A program made the position numbers and the translations under genes. A stretch of DNA of 49,476 nucleotides, from assembly GCA_002495645.1 (NCBI GenBank), contig DAGF01000091.1, positions 1 through 49,476 on the forward strand, given 5' to 3'. Under the pieces are notes generated by a model. It saw only the letters and a program-made list of their open reading frames with translations. It searched no databases and was not told the origin of the DNA. Below, in pieces: positions 28,419-37,110 of this stretch (positions within the stretch are counted from its first letter, which is position 1; each line of letters opens with the position of its first letter). Source of the stretch: Euryarchaeota archaeon UBA549. GTDB lineage: Archaea > Thermoplasmatota > Poseidoniia > Poseidoniales > Poseidoniaceae.

Positions 28419-29539
28419 AGATGGGCATTCATCACGATACCTTCTCTGCGGTCCAGCCTGGCAAACCGGGTTCAGCGATGTACCCAACCTCCCCACTCGG
28501 CGAAAAGGTGGAAGGCATCCCAACAGGACGGGACGTGGATTGGGAACCACTGGTGGATTACCGCCGCAACGGCGTGTCCGAAACAACGATTCACGGCGCT
28601 GTGGCGTGGGCTCACGGAGACGAAGTCATCCATTCCTTCGGAGGAAACGTCCTCTGCTACGGCCGCTCGATGATGAAACCCTTCATGCTCAAAGCCTTCA
28701 CAGAAGAGTTGGAGGATTGCTCGTGGGAGCAGAAAGCCATCGCTGTGGCCTCGCACAACGGGGATACCGAACACGTGGCGGCCGCCCAATCTCTGCTGAG
28801 CGAATCCGAGTGGCCATTGATGCTCACGCCGCTGGATGTCCCGTTGATCCAGTTCGGACGTCAGGTCCGCCGGCCGCGACGGTGGTTCCACACCTGCTCG
28901 GGTGAACACGCAGCGATTTTGCGAGGCTGCCGGATGAAAGGATGGAACCGTGCTGGCTACACCCTGCCAACCCACGAAGTCTTCCACGCCTACATGGAAC
29001 AGTTGCGAACCTACCTCGGCCCGGAGTGGGAACCGCTCCGCATCGCCAAGGACGGGTGCGGCTTGCCCACGGTCTCAAACACCGTTTCTGAGTTGGCTCA
29101 AATCTATGCTGGTTTGGTCCGCGACAAGGACGACGACTGGATTTGGGAGGCCATGGTCCGCCATCCTGACCTCGTGGGTGGCTTCAATCGTCTCGATTCC
29201 ACCGTACTCAAAGCCGGCGAGGGACGCGTCATCGCCAAAGAAGGCGCTGATGGATTGATCGGCATGGCCATTGAGCATCCCGACTACCCGAAGGGCCTCG
29301 GCATCGTGGTGAAAATCGCCCACGGATGGAATTCACAAGCAACCTGGTATGTAACTCGGGCCCTGCTGGGTGTCCTCGGCATCAATTTGCGAAACCCCTA
29401 CCCTCTTCACCGTCAGAAGGCCTTCATTGTTCCTGGTATCGTACCAGAACACTACCTTGATGTCCTTGAAACGGTTCCAACATGGGACGAATGGGACCCC
29501 GACCAAGACCGATGGCACTTCGATCACGAGGTGAGTTGA
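28415..29539 (+). CDS. L-asparaginase II (Rhizobium AnsA-type) family hydrolase
   Basis: RSMMKP, ASHNG..EH, CSGEH, DGCGLP, KEGADG and GIVVKI motifs. ATGA overlap with the LLM stop; alternative start at 28421. Confidence 0.82.
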   Translation: MKMGIHHDTFSAVQPGKPGSAMYPTSPLGEKVEGIPTGRDVDWEPLVDYRRNGVSETTIHGAVAWAHGDEVIHSFGGNVLCYGRSMMKPFMLKAFTEELEDCSWEQKAIAVASHNGDTEHVAAAQSLLSESEWPLMLTPLDVPLIQFGRQVRRPRRWFHTCSGEHAAILRGCRMKGWNRAGYTLPTHEVFHAYMEQLRTYLGPEWEPLRIAKDGCGLPTVSNTVSELAQIYAGLVRDKDDDWIWEAMVRHPDLVGGFNRLDSTVLKAGEGRVIAKEGADGLIGMAIEHPDYPKGLGIVVKIAHGWNSQATWYVTRALLGVLGINLRNPYPLHRQKAFIVPGIVPEHYLDVLETVPTWDEWDPDQDRWHFDHEVS

Positions 29540-30987
29540 TGGAGCCGATTTTGAATTACATCAACGGCGAATTTCTTCCCTCAACATCAGGACGAACGAT
29601 GGAAACGGTCAACCCTGCCAACGGTCAACCCATCACCACGCTCCCACGTTCTTCCGCCGATGATGTGGAATTGGCCACGGCAGCCGCCCATGAGGCAACA
29701 CCATCGTGGTCGGCCACCACCATGGAAGAACGCATCACGTGGCTTCATCGAATTGCTGATGCCTTGGAGGAAGAGGCCGAAACGATCGCTCAACTTGAGA
29801 GCATGGACACGGGAAAACCGATTTCCCTTGCACGAAGGGTGGACGCCGCCCGTTCTGTATCCAATTTCCGATTTTTCGCAGATTTTGGAAAGAGCCACAC
29901 CGAGCCAACCTTTGCTGACCACGGTGCTGTCAACCATGTCCACCGCTCCCCTATTGGATGTGTGGGCCTCATCACGCCATGGAATCTTCCGCTCTACCTG
30001 CTCACGTGGAAGGTCGCACCCGCCTTGTTGATGGGCAACACCATCGTGGCTAAACCTTCGGAATTGACCCCAATGACGGCCAATCACCTGGCAAAAATCC
30101 TGACCAGCATCAACTTCCCGAAAGGTGTGTTCAACCTTGTCCACGGCTTGGGCCCTGAAGTTGGTCAGGCCATTGTTGAGCATCCAGAAATTCGTGGTAT
30201 TTCGTTCACCGGTGGAACGGCGACCGGCAAAATCGTCGCCGCCACCGCCGCACCGATGTTCAAGAAACTCTCCTTGGAGTTGGGAGGCAAAAACGCCACC
30301 ATCGTCCTCGACGATGCACCACTCGAAGACGTGATGGACGGCATCGTTCGAGCGTCGTTTACCAATTCCGGCCAAGTCTGCTTATGCGGCTCTCGTGTTC
30401 TGGTCGACGCCTCCATCTACGACCGATTCAAGGCCATGTTTGTTGAAGCAGTCAACACCATTCGCGTGGGCGACCCAACCTTGGAAGCTACCGTCATGGG
30501 TTCCGTGATCTCCAAAGACCACCAAACCAAAGTTGAGTCCTACATCGAACTGGGACGCCAAGAAGGAGGCGTGGTGCTGACGGGTGGAACAGCGGCCGAA
30601 AGCCCGGTGGACGACGTACCATCCGAAGGTGCGTTTTTGCGACCAACCGTCATCGAAGGACTCAGTTACACCGCTCGTACCGCAACCGAGGAAATCTTTG
30701 GCCCCGTCGTAACTCTTCATTCCTTTAACTCCGAGCAAGAGGCCATTGACATGGCCAACGCCACCCAGTACGGTTTGGCGGGCTCGGTGTGGACCGCTGA
30801 CACCGAACGTGGGCACGCCTTTGCTCAACGCATGGACACCGGTATTGTGTGGGTCAACACCTGGTTGAACCGGGATCTGAGAACGCCCTTTGGTGGTGTC
30901 AAACAATCGGGCGTTGGACGGGAAGGCGGCACATGGTCGCTCAACTTCTTTTCCGAATTGACCAACATCTGCGTCCAGCAACCTTGA
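29539..30987 (+). CDS. Aldehyde dehydrogenase, 2-aminomuconate/2-hydroxymuconate semialdehyde dehydrogenase-like (ALDH8 type)
   Basis: ITPWNLPLYLLTWKVAPAL, FTGGT, SLELGGKN, GQVCLCGSR, EEIFGPV and NTWLNRDLRTPFGGVKQSGVGREGG. TGATG overlap with the upstream gene and GAGGTGA SD at 29528-29534. Confidence 0.88.
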   Translation: MEPILNYINGEFLPSTSGRTMETVNPANGQPITTLPRSSADDVELATAAAHEATPSWSATTMEERITWLHRIADALEEEAETIAQLESMDTGKPISLARRVDAARSVSNFRFFADFGKSHTEPTFADHGAVNHVHRSPIGCVGLITPWNLPLYLLTWKVAPALLMGNTIVAKPSELTPMTANHLAKILTSINFPKGVFNLVHGLGPEVGQAIVEHPEIRGISFTGGTATGKIVAATAAPMFKKLSLELGGKNATIVLDDAPLEDVMDGIVRASFTNSGQVCLCGSRVLVDASIYDRFKAMFVEAVNTIRVGDPTLEATVMGSVISKDHQTKVESYIELGRQEGGVVLTGGTAAESPVDDVPSEGAFLRPTVIEGLSYTARTATEEIFGPVVTLHSFNSEQEAIDMANATQYGLAGSVWTADTERGHAFAQRMDTGIVWVNTWLNRDLRTPFGGVKQSGVGREGGTWSLNFFSELTNICVQQP

Positions 30988-31025
30988 GAACACATGTTCA
31001 AATGCTTCCGAAGGGAGGTTTGGGC

Positions 31026-31754
31026 ATGGACGATGAAACGCTCCCACTCTTCGTCCTGCCCATGGTGCTTTTTCCGGGGGAGTTGCAGGAATTACGTGTC
31101 TTTGAACCACGCTATCGCCAAATGTTGGACACATGCATTCTGGACGAGCGACCGTTTGGCCTCGTCATGAACGACCCCTTTGAACCGGCCAACGGATGGG
31201 ACGGCCCACGAAGACATGGTTGCGAAGCCATCATCCTCAACCACGAAACGAGGGGAGTGAACCACTTCATCACCATCACCGGCGGTCGACGATTTTTCAT
31301 CGAGGAGGTCATTGAGCCGGCACTGCCACCGTTTTCTGACCCCAGCATGGCCGCTCTTGTCGAGGAGGGTTTGGCGCCCGATGTGGATACGCTGCTGCAA
31401 CATCTCCCAGAAGACGCGACCCATAGCAAGTTGTACATCTCGGCGAAGGTGACGTATTTGGAGGAGGTCGGCGAACTGGGCGAAGAGGACCAAGCCTACC
31501 TTCGCAGCCTCACCAGCAACATCGTCCACCGTGCCGGACGAGGCATGAACGTCGACGCCACCGTCTTGGACGGGTGGGTTGAATCCATTTGTGAAGAGCA
31601 AATCAACGAGCGGAAAGAGTCGATTTACAACATCGCAGCCCTGTGTCTCAACGACCTTGAAGCACGCCAACAACTGCTTGCCTGCTCCAGTGCTGCCGAG
31701 GCTTTGCACGAACTCCAGACCCATGTTTTCGGCTTCGTTGACGAGGCAGAATGA
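31026..31754 (+). CDS. Stand-alone LON peptidase N-terminal (substrate-binding) domain protein
   Basis: [26 protein letters not shown]...FGLV...GGRRF. GGAGGT SD at 31014-31019. Confidence 0.85.
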   Translation: MDDETLPLFVLPMVLFPGELQELRVFEPRYRQMLDTCILDERPFGLVMNDPFEPANGWDGPRRHGCEAIILNHETRGVNHFITITGGRRFFIEEVIEPALPPFSDPSMAALVEEGLAPDVDTLLQHLPEDATHSKLYISAKVTYLEEVGELGEEDQAYLRSLTSNIVHRAGRGMNVDATVLDGWVESICEEQINERKESIYNIAALCLNDLEARQQLLACSSAAEALHELQTHVFGFVDEAE

Positions 31755-31797
31755 ACGAAGGCGACGAATTGAAAACACGACGGGCGGTGGAAGGTCC

Positions 31798-32619
31798 ATG
31801 TCCGTCTACAGCGAAGCACGGAAGGTGACCACCCATACGCTGCAAGAAATGAAGCGTGCAGGCGAGAAAATCACCATGCTCACCGCCTACGACTACTCGC
31901 TGGCTCGCCTTGTCGACCAAGCAGGTGTTGATGTCATTCTCGTCGGTGATTCCGCATCGAACGTTATGGCTGGTCAAGTCACCACGGTACCGATGACCCT
32001 CGACCACATGATCTACCATGCCCAGTGTGTTGAGCGAGCCGTTGACCGCGCCCTGTTGGTGGTTGACATGCCGTTTGGCACCTACCAAGGCAATTCTCGT
32101 CAAGCCCTTGATTCCGCCATTCGCATCATGAAGGAGTCAAGCGGACACGCTGTGAAATTGGAAGGTGGAGCCGAAATCGTGGAGTCCGTGGAGCGTATCC
32201 TAACCGCTGGCATCCCCGTCATGGGTCATTTGGGCTTGACACCTCAGTCCATCTACAAGTTTGGGACCTACTCTGTACGAGCCAAGGAAGAGGAAGAAGC
32301 TGAGAAGTTGATCGCCGACGCCAAAGTGCTCGAAGCCGCTGGCTGCTTTGCCATCGTGCTTGAAAAAATTCCTCGGGACCTCGCCAAGCGTGTTTCGGCC
32401 GCATTGAGCATTCCCACCATCGGCATCGGTGCTGGACCTGATGTGGACGGTCAAGTGCTCGTCCTTCACGACCTCTTGGGCATCACGATGGATTTCTCAC
32501 CACGCTTCCTTCGCCGATACCTGAACCTCGCCGAAGAAATTGACGGGGCCATCAAGGGCTATTGCGCTGATGTGCGTTCAGGGGATTTCCCCAACGACGA
32601 GGAATCGTACACCTCGTGA
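31798..32619 (+). CDS. panB: 3-methyl-2-oxobutanoate hydroxymethyltransferase
   Basis: [53 protein letters not shown]. Confidence 0.96.
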   Translation: MSVYSEARKVTTHTLQEMKRAGEKITMLTAYDYSLARLVDQAGVDVILVGDSASNVMAGQVTTVPMTLDHMIYHAQCVERAVDRALLVVDMPFGTYQGNSRQALDSAIRIMKESSGHAVKLEGGAEIVESVERILTAGIPVMGHLGLTPQSIYKFGTYSVRAKEEEEAEKLIADAKVLEAAGCFAIVLEKIPRDLAKRVSAALSIPTIGIGAGPDVDGQVLVLHDLLGITMDFSPRFLRRYLNLAEEIDGAIKGYCADVRSGDFPNDEESYTS

Positions 32620-33129
32620 TCACATCATCAGGCTGTGATAGAGCAACGAGCCGCCTAAGGCACCGATGTTGACGCCCATGGTGTGCCAAATGGCCAATCG
32701 GAACGGAGGAAGATGAAATCGCCACCACGAAGTGCTGACCCAAATCCAAAGCACGACCGTGAGGTACCCGCCGCACACAAAACCACCCATCCCGGTGGAC
32801 CAAACAAACATCAACGGGAGGCCGAGGGCTGCGATACCACCGAGGTAATCGAGCCACATCGATTGAGGATGAGGCGTAAGCCAGCGGTGGAGCAGGGGGG
32901 AGAAGAGCATCATGATCAGCAAACCACCTTGGGGTGGATTGGGCAGACCGTAGGTCAATTGCGGTGAAATGAAGGCTTGCCATAACGCACCTGCTGCCAT
33001 CCCGAACAGCGTGGGAAAGACCACATTCACCCACGTTTCCGCCCATGTGGCCGACATCGGTTGTTGAATCTGAACGCTTGTCTGAGCCGATTCCTCCGGA
33101 GCCGTATCCTCCAGAGTTGGTTCTCCCAT
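32620..33129 (-). CDS. Hypothetical integral membrane protein
   Basis: 169 aa ORF filling the gap, with about 5 hydrophobic helices. Confidence 0.7.
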   Translation of the reverse strand: MGEPTLEDTAPEESAQTSVQIQQPMSATWAETWVNVVFPTLFGMAAGALWQAFISPQLTYGLPNPPQGGLLIMMLFSPLLHRWLTPHPQSMWLDYLGGIAALGLPLMFVWSTGMGGFVCGGYLTVVLWIWVSTSWWRFHLPPFRLAIWHTMGVNIGALGGSLLYHSLMM

Positions 33130-33224
33130 GGCCCTTCCACAGCGACGGGTTGTTTATGGCTTCGTGTTTGAAACGCAACAGGTGATGCCGATGATGAATT
33201 AAACCTCGGCGCAATCCGTTGAGC

Positions 33225-34127
33225 ATGGGCAAGGGCCAGATTGTAGCCGGATGCATAGCTCCGCATCCACCGCATCTTGTTTACGCAGAAAACCCGCCCC
33301 AAAACGAACCCGTTGCGGAAGGTGGCTGGGAACAACTGCGTTGGGGATACGAACGACTCCGAGCCTCACTTTCCGAGCACGATTACGACGCCATCGTCCT
33401 TCTTTCCCCACACTGGCAAACCTATGTTGGCACCCATTTCCTTGGCCTCCCCCATTTTGAGGGCCTATCGGTTGACCCCATCTTCCCCAACCTCTTCCGC
33501 TACCACTACGACATGAACGTCGATGTTGAATTGGCGCAAGCGATTCACGACGAGGCAGCCAAAGCGGGCCTTCCGGTGAAGATGATGGAAAATCCAGACT
33601 TCCGAGTCGATTACGGCACCATCACCACCGGCCACTTGTTCAACCCTGACTGGGACAAGCCGCTCGTGGTCATTTCAAGCAACCGTTCAACGGCGTACTA
33701 TTCGGTTGAAGTGATGCAGGAAATCATGATCGAACTGGGCAGAGTCACCCGAAAAGCCATTGAGGCCAGTGGAAAAAGAGTCGTTGTCCTCGCCAGCAAT
33801 TCACTCTCACACCGACACTTCACGACCGAATCCGAAGTGCCCGAAGACATGAGCAAAGAGCACATCACCAGCCACGCCATGCACCTGTGGGACATGCGAA
33901 TGATCGATTACATGCGAAGCGGTCAAGCTCAACGCATCCTCGATGAGATGCCGGAATTCACCGAACAAGCCATCGCCGAGAGCGACGGGGGCGGGCTCTC
34001 TTGGTTGCTGTCCACCCTCGATGTGCCCGATTACCCCGCCATTCTCCACGGCTACGGGACCATTATTGGCACCGGTAACGCTGTGGTTGAATGGCCGTGT
34101 TATGCACACGAGGTGAACGACGAATGA
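33225..34127 (+). CDS. amnB: 2-aminophenol 1,6-dioxygenase-like catalytic (beta) subunit, LigB/class III extradiol dioxygenase
   Basis: APHPPHLVYAENPPQNEP..GGWE.LRW.YER, SPHW, SVDPIFPNLFRY, FRVDYGTIT, ASNSLSH.HF, PEDMSKE and GYGT.IGTGNAV.EW closely match the AmnB/CnbCb sequence as I recall it. The Fe-ligand and catalytic His/His/Glu, Tyr and His positions appear present. Confidence 0.9.
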   Translation: MGKGQIVAGCIAPHPPHLVYAENPPQNEPVAEGGWEQLRWGYERLRASLSEHDYDAIVLLSPHWQTYVGTHFLGLPHFEGLSVDPIFPNLFRYHYDMNVDVELAQAIHDEAAKAGLPVKMMENPDFRVDYGTITTGHLFNPDWDKPLVVISSNRSTAYYSVEVMQEIMIELGRVTRKAIEASGKRVVVLASNSLSHRHFTTESEVPEDMSKEHITSHAMHLWDMRMIDYMRSGQAQRILDEMPEFTEQAIAESDGGGLSWLLSTLDVPDYPAILHGYGTIIGTGNAVVEWPCYAHEVNDE

Positions 34128-35566
34128 GCCAAGGCGAAATCGTGGCGTCCTACGTCGTCCCCGTTCACCCCCACACGGTGTTGGCGCCCGACCAAAATCC
34201 AGGGTGGCGCCGCTTACGTGATGCTTTTGACGGGGCCGCTCAAACCATTCAAGACCTCGACGCAGATTTGCTCATCATCTACTCCACCACTTGGCCCTCC
34301 ATTATTGGCCATCAGATTCAGGCCGACCCGAACCCCGAATGGGTCATGGTCGACCACGATTTTCACGACCTCGGGTCCATCCCTTACTCCTTCAACATCG
34401 ATGCAGACTTCGCCCATGCCTGGAACGAAGCCAACAAACAACGAGGCCTGCAGAGCCGATGTGTGAACTACAAAGGATTCCCCATCGACGTCGGTTCGGT
34501 CGTGGCCTTGACCCTGCTGAACCCGGACAACAGCATTCCCGCCGTCATCGTCTCGTCAAACATGTACGCCAACCGAAGCGAGACCACGGTGCTGGCCAAA
34601 TCCTGCTTGGACGTCATCAAGGCCCAAGGTCGTCGTGCCGTCGCCATCACCGCCATGTCGCTGTCCAACCGAATGTTCACTGACTTTATCCAGCCTGAGG
34701 AGGATAAGATCCACTCGCTCAAGGACGATGAGTGGAACAGGAAGATTCTGGAATTCCTTGAACAAGGTCGCCTCGAGGATGTGGGTCAACTCTCACGAAC
34801 CATTCACCGACAAATCCGAGTGCAAAAGGTGGTGGCGTTCAAACCGATGTGGTGGCTTTCCGCCATGAACGGGAATCGAAACGATTTGACCGGACGCATC
34901 CTCGCTTACGAAGCGATTCACGGCGCCGGTGGTGCCGTGGTTCACATCGACCCAACATCGACCGGCGTGGGCGACAAAGAATACGACGAGGACGACGTGG
35001 AATACTTCCACGGCGAACGCGGTGTGTTGGAAGGTGCAGAGGAGAGCCAGACGGACGCAATCCAAAACACCGACGCTGGCGTCGATGCAACAGATGATGC
35101 AAGGGCAAGCGACAGCGGCCCTGCACTTTGGGACCCGACGGAGGCCAAAGGTTCGGTGAACACCGATGCTGCGCCAAAACCAGTGGGCGCTTATCCTCAT
35201 GCCCGCAAGGTTGGCGACATGCTCTTCCTCTCCGGCGTGGGGCCTCGTCAGCCTGGTACCAACGCCATTCCCGGAGGGCCCATCCACGATGAAAACGGGG
35301 AGCCGCTCGAGTATGACATCAAAGCCCAAACACATGCGGTTGTCAACAACGTGAAGCGAATTGTCGAGGAAGCAGGCGCTACCATGGACCAAGTGGTTGA
35401 TGTCACCACCTTCCTCGTGGACATGAAACGAGACTTTGCTGGCTACAATGAGGTGTGGGCTGAAACGCTTGGAAAGGTCGGACCCACGCGAACAACCCTC
35501 GCTATTGACGCTCTACCAACCCCCATTGCTGTCGAGATGAAGGTCATCGTCCACATGCCGGAATAA
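34124..35566 (+). CDS. amnA: Fusion: 2-aminophenol 1,6-dioxygenase-like alpha subunit plus C-terminal Rid (YjgF/RidA; 2-aminomuconate deaminase-like) domain
   Basis: The first ~280 aa carry YSTTW, VNYKGFPIDVG, SSNMY, DDEWNRKIL and FKPMWWL. After an acidic linker comes APKPVGAYPHARKVGDMLFLSGVGPR...FLVDMKRDF..YN...PTRTT....LPTPIAVEMK. ATGA overlap with amnB and GAGGTGA SD at 34110-34116. Confidence 0.87.
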   Translation: MSQGEIVASYVVPVHPHTVLAPDQNPGWRRLRDAFDGAAQTIQDLDADLLIIYSTTWPSIIGHQIQADPNPEWVMVDHDFHDLGSIPYSFNIDADFAHAWNEANKQRGLQSRCVNYKGFPIDVGSVVALTLLNPDNSIPAVIVSSNMYANRSETTVLAKSCLDVIKAQGRRAVAITAMSLSNRMFTDFIQPEEDKIHSLKDDEWNRKILEFLEQGRLEDVGQLSRTIHRQIRVQKVVAFKPMWWLSAMNGNRNDLTGRILAYEAIHGAGGAVVHIDPTSTGVGDKEYDEDDVEYFHGERGVLEGAEESQTDAIQNTDAGVDATDDARASDSGPALWDPTEAKGSVNTDAAPKPVGAYPHARKVGDMLFLSGVGPRQPGTNAIPGGPIHDENGEPLEYDIKAQTHAVVNNVKRIVEEAGATMDQVVDVTTFLVDMKRDFAGYNEVWAETLGKVGPTRTTLAIDALPTPIAVEMKVIVHMPE

Positions 35567-35672
35567 TTCCGGAATTCGGCGAGACAGAACCGTAAACGGA
35601 CAAGAGTTCAAGGACAGCCTTCAGTTAGAAGGGGATGTAAGCCAATCGGCTACCGGAAATCGGGGAATTACT

Positions 35673-37064
35673 ATGGTTGTTGAAAAAACAGTTGAACTGG
35701 CCCGCTCCATCGGACTCAAGACGTTGGTGATTCTTTCGCTGTCCTCCATGTTGGGTTCAGGGATTTTCCTCCTCCCTGCATTTGCACAGGAAGTGGTGGG
35801 CCCGGGAATGTGGTTTGCCTTCCTCCTTGCCGGCAGCGTGGTCATCGCCAGCGCGTTCTCAAAGGCTGAATTGGCCAGTGCCATGCCTCAGTCCGGCGGA
35901 TTCTATGTTTACGCCGAACGCACCTATGGCCACCTCGTCGGCACCATCAGTGGCCTTGGCCTCTTTGCATCCTTCATGTTGAAATCTGCGTTCGCCTTGG
36001 TTGGTTTTGCAGCCTACATGAAGGTCATCACCGACCACTACGGTATCGAAGACATCAATTCAAACGCCATCGCCATGGTCTTGCTCGCCTTTATTCTCCT
36101 CGTAAACTTGACAGGTGTCAAGGCCATCAAGAAAGTTCAGATTCCCATCGTCACCGGTGCGATGGCCATGGTCGTCGTGCTGTGCATCATGGCCTTGGCC
36201 TCGGGCGACATGGATTTCGGCCGGCCCGTTGAGGACTTCAATCCAGTGAGCATCCAAATGGGAACCGCAGCAGCACTCGTGTTCGTAGCATACTCGGGAG
36301 CCATCAAGGTCGGCGCCATCGGTGGCGAGGTGATGGACCCTGAAACGAACCTCCCTCGAGGCATGATTCAATCCTTGGTCATCGCCACCTTGCTCTACGC
36401 CACCGTCGCCTACATCATGGTCGCTACGATGGACCCGGGATGGCACATGGTTGACGGCCACGCCGTTGAGAACCCAATTACGGTCTTCGCCCAATCGGTT
36501 GCTGGAACAGCCGTTGTGTTGATCGCCTCCTTGGTGGCCATCATCGCCATGGCATCCATGGCACTTGCTGGTGTTCTCTCCTCATCGCGCTTCATTTATG
36601 CCATGGCCAAAGACGGTGTTCTTCCCGCTTCACTTGGAGAACTCAACGAGCGCTACAAGACGCCGCACTGGCCCATTTTACTCACGGGGCTGCTCATGGC
36701 TGTCTCAATCTATTCCTTTGACGTTCACGTCATTGCAGAGCTCGCCTCTGGATTCATCCTCATGGTCTTCATCGTCCTCAACCTCACGGTGGTCGTATTG
36801 CGCCGAGCCGGTCCAAAACACGAGTGGAATCCACCATACCGTTCGCCATTGTACCCGCTACCCCAGATTTACGGCACAATCGCCGGGATGTTCATGCTCG
36901 TCTTGATGGGCAAGAAGGCCCTCTTCGGTGGTGCAGGAGCGATCGTTCTCGGCCTCATTGCATGGTATGCATACGGGCGGAAGAATGTTCAGCCAAGAGA
37001 TGGGCCAACCCCGCTCAGCACCTTCCTTGGCCGAGACAGCACCGTGAGTGAGGAAAGCGAGTAA
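35673..37064 (+). CDS. APC-superfamily amino acid permease
   Basis: MLGSGIFLLP, AELASAMPQSGGFYVY, EVMDPETNLPR, SRFIYAMAKDGVLP and TPHW, about 12 TM helices. Confidence 0.92.
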   Translation: MVVEKTVELARSIGLKTLVILSLSSMLGSGIFLLPAFAQEVVGPGMWFAFLLAGSVVIASAFSKAELASAMPQSGGFYVYAERTYGHLVGTISGLGLFASFMLKSAFALVGFAAYMKVITDHYGIEDINSNAIAMVLLAFILLVNLTGVKAIKKVQIPIVTGAMAMVVVLCIMALASGDMDFGRPVEDFNPVSIQMGTAAALVFVAYSGAIKVGAIGGEVMDPETNLPRGMIQSLVIATLLYATVAYIMVATMDPGWHMVDGHAVENPITVFAQSVAGTAVVLIASLVAIIAMASMALAGVLSSSRFIYAMAKDGVLPASLGELNERYKTPHWPILLTGLLMAVSIYSFDVHVIAELASGFILMVFIVLNLTVVVLRRAGPKHEWNPPYRSPLYPLPQIYGTIAGMFMLVLMGKKALFGGAGAIVLGLIAWYAYGRKNVQPRDGPTPLSTFLGRDSTVSEESE

Positions 37065-37110
37065 GCAACCGGTCAACACCCGTCACGAACGACGGTTGAT
37101 TTCTCACCAG

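Noticed and set aside
33225..35566. tRNA-modification or generic LigB/DODA assignment for the dioxygenase-like pair
   Set aside because: The paired beta/alpha arrangement, the AmnB-specific N-terminal motif and the linked Rid and ALDH8-type genes fit aminophenol-type ring cleavage better. The exact substrate remains unproven.
35558..35572. Palindrome CCGGAAT-A-ATTCCGG at the amnA-Rid stop, and hairpin CCGTC-N6-GACGG near 37080-37095
   Set aside because: Both are short, lack a clear U-tract and could arise by chance, so there is too little support to call terminators.
24614..37064. Recently inserted genomic island or mobile element carrying the catabolic cluster
   Set aside because: No integrase, transposase, tRNA attachment site or flanking direct repeats are visible, and composition looks similar to the housekeeping genes by eye.
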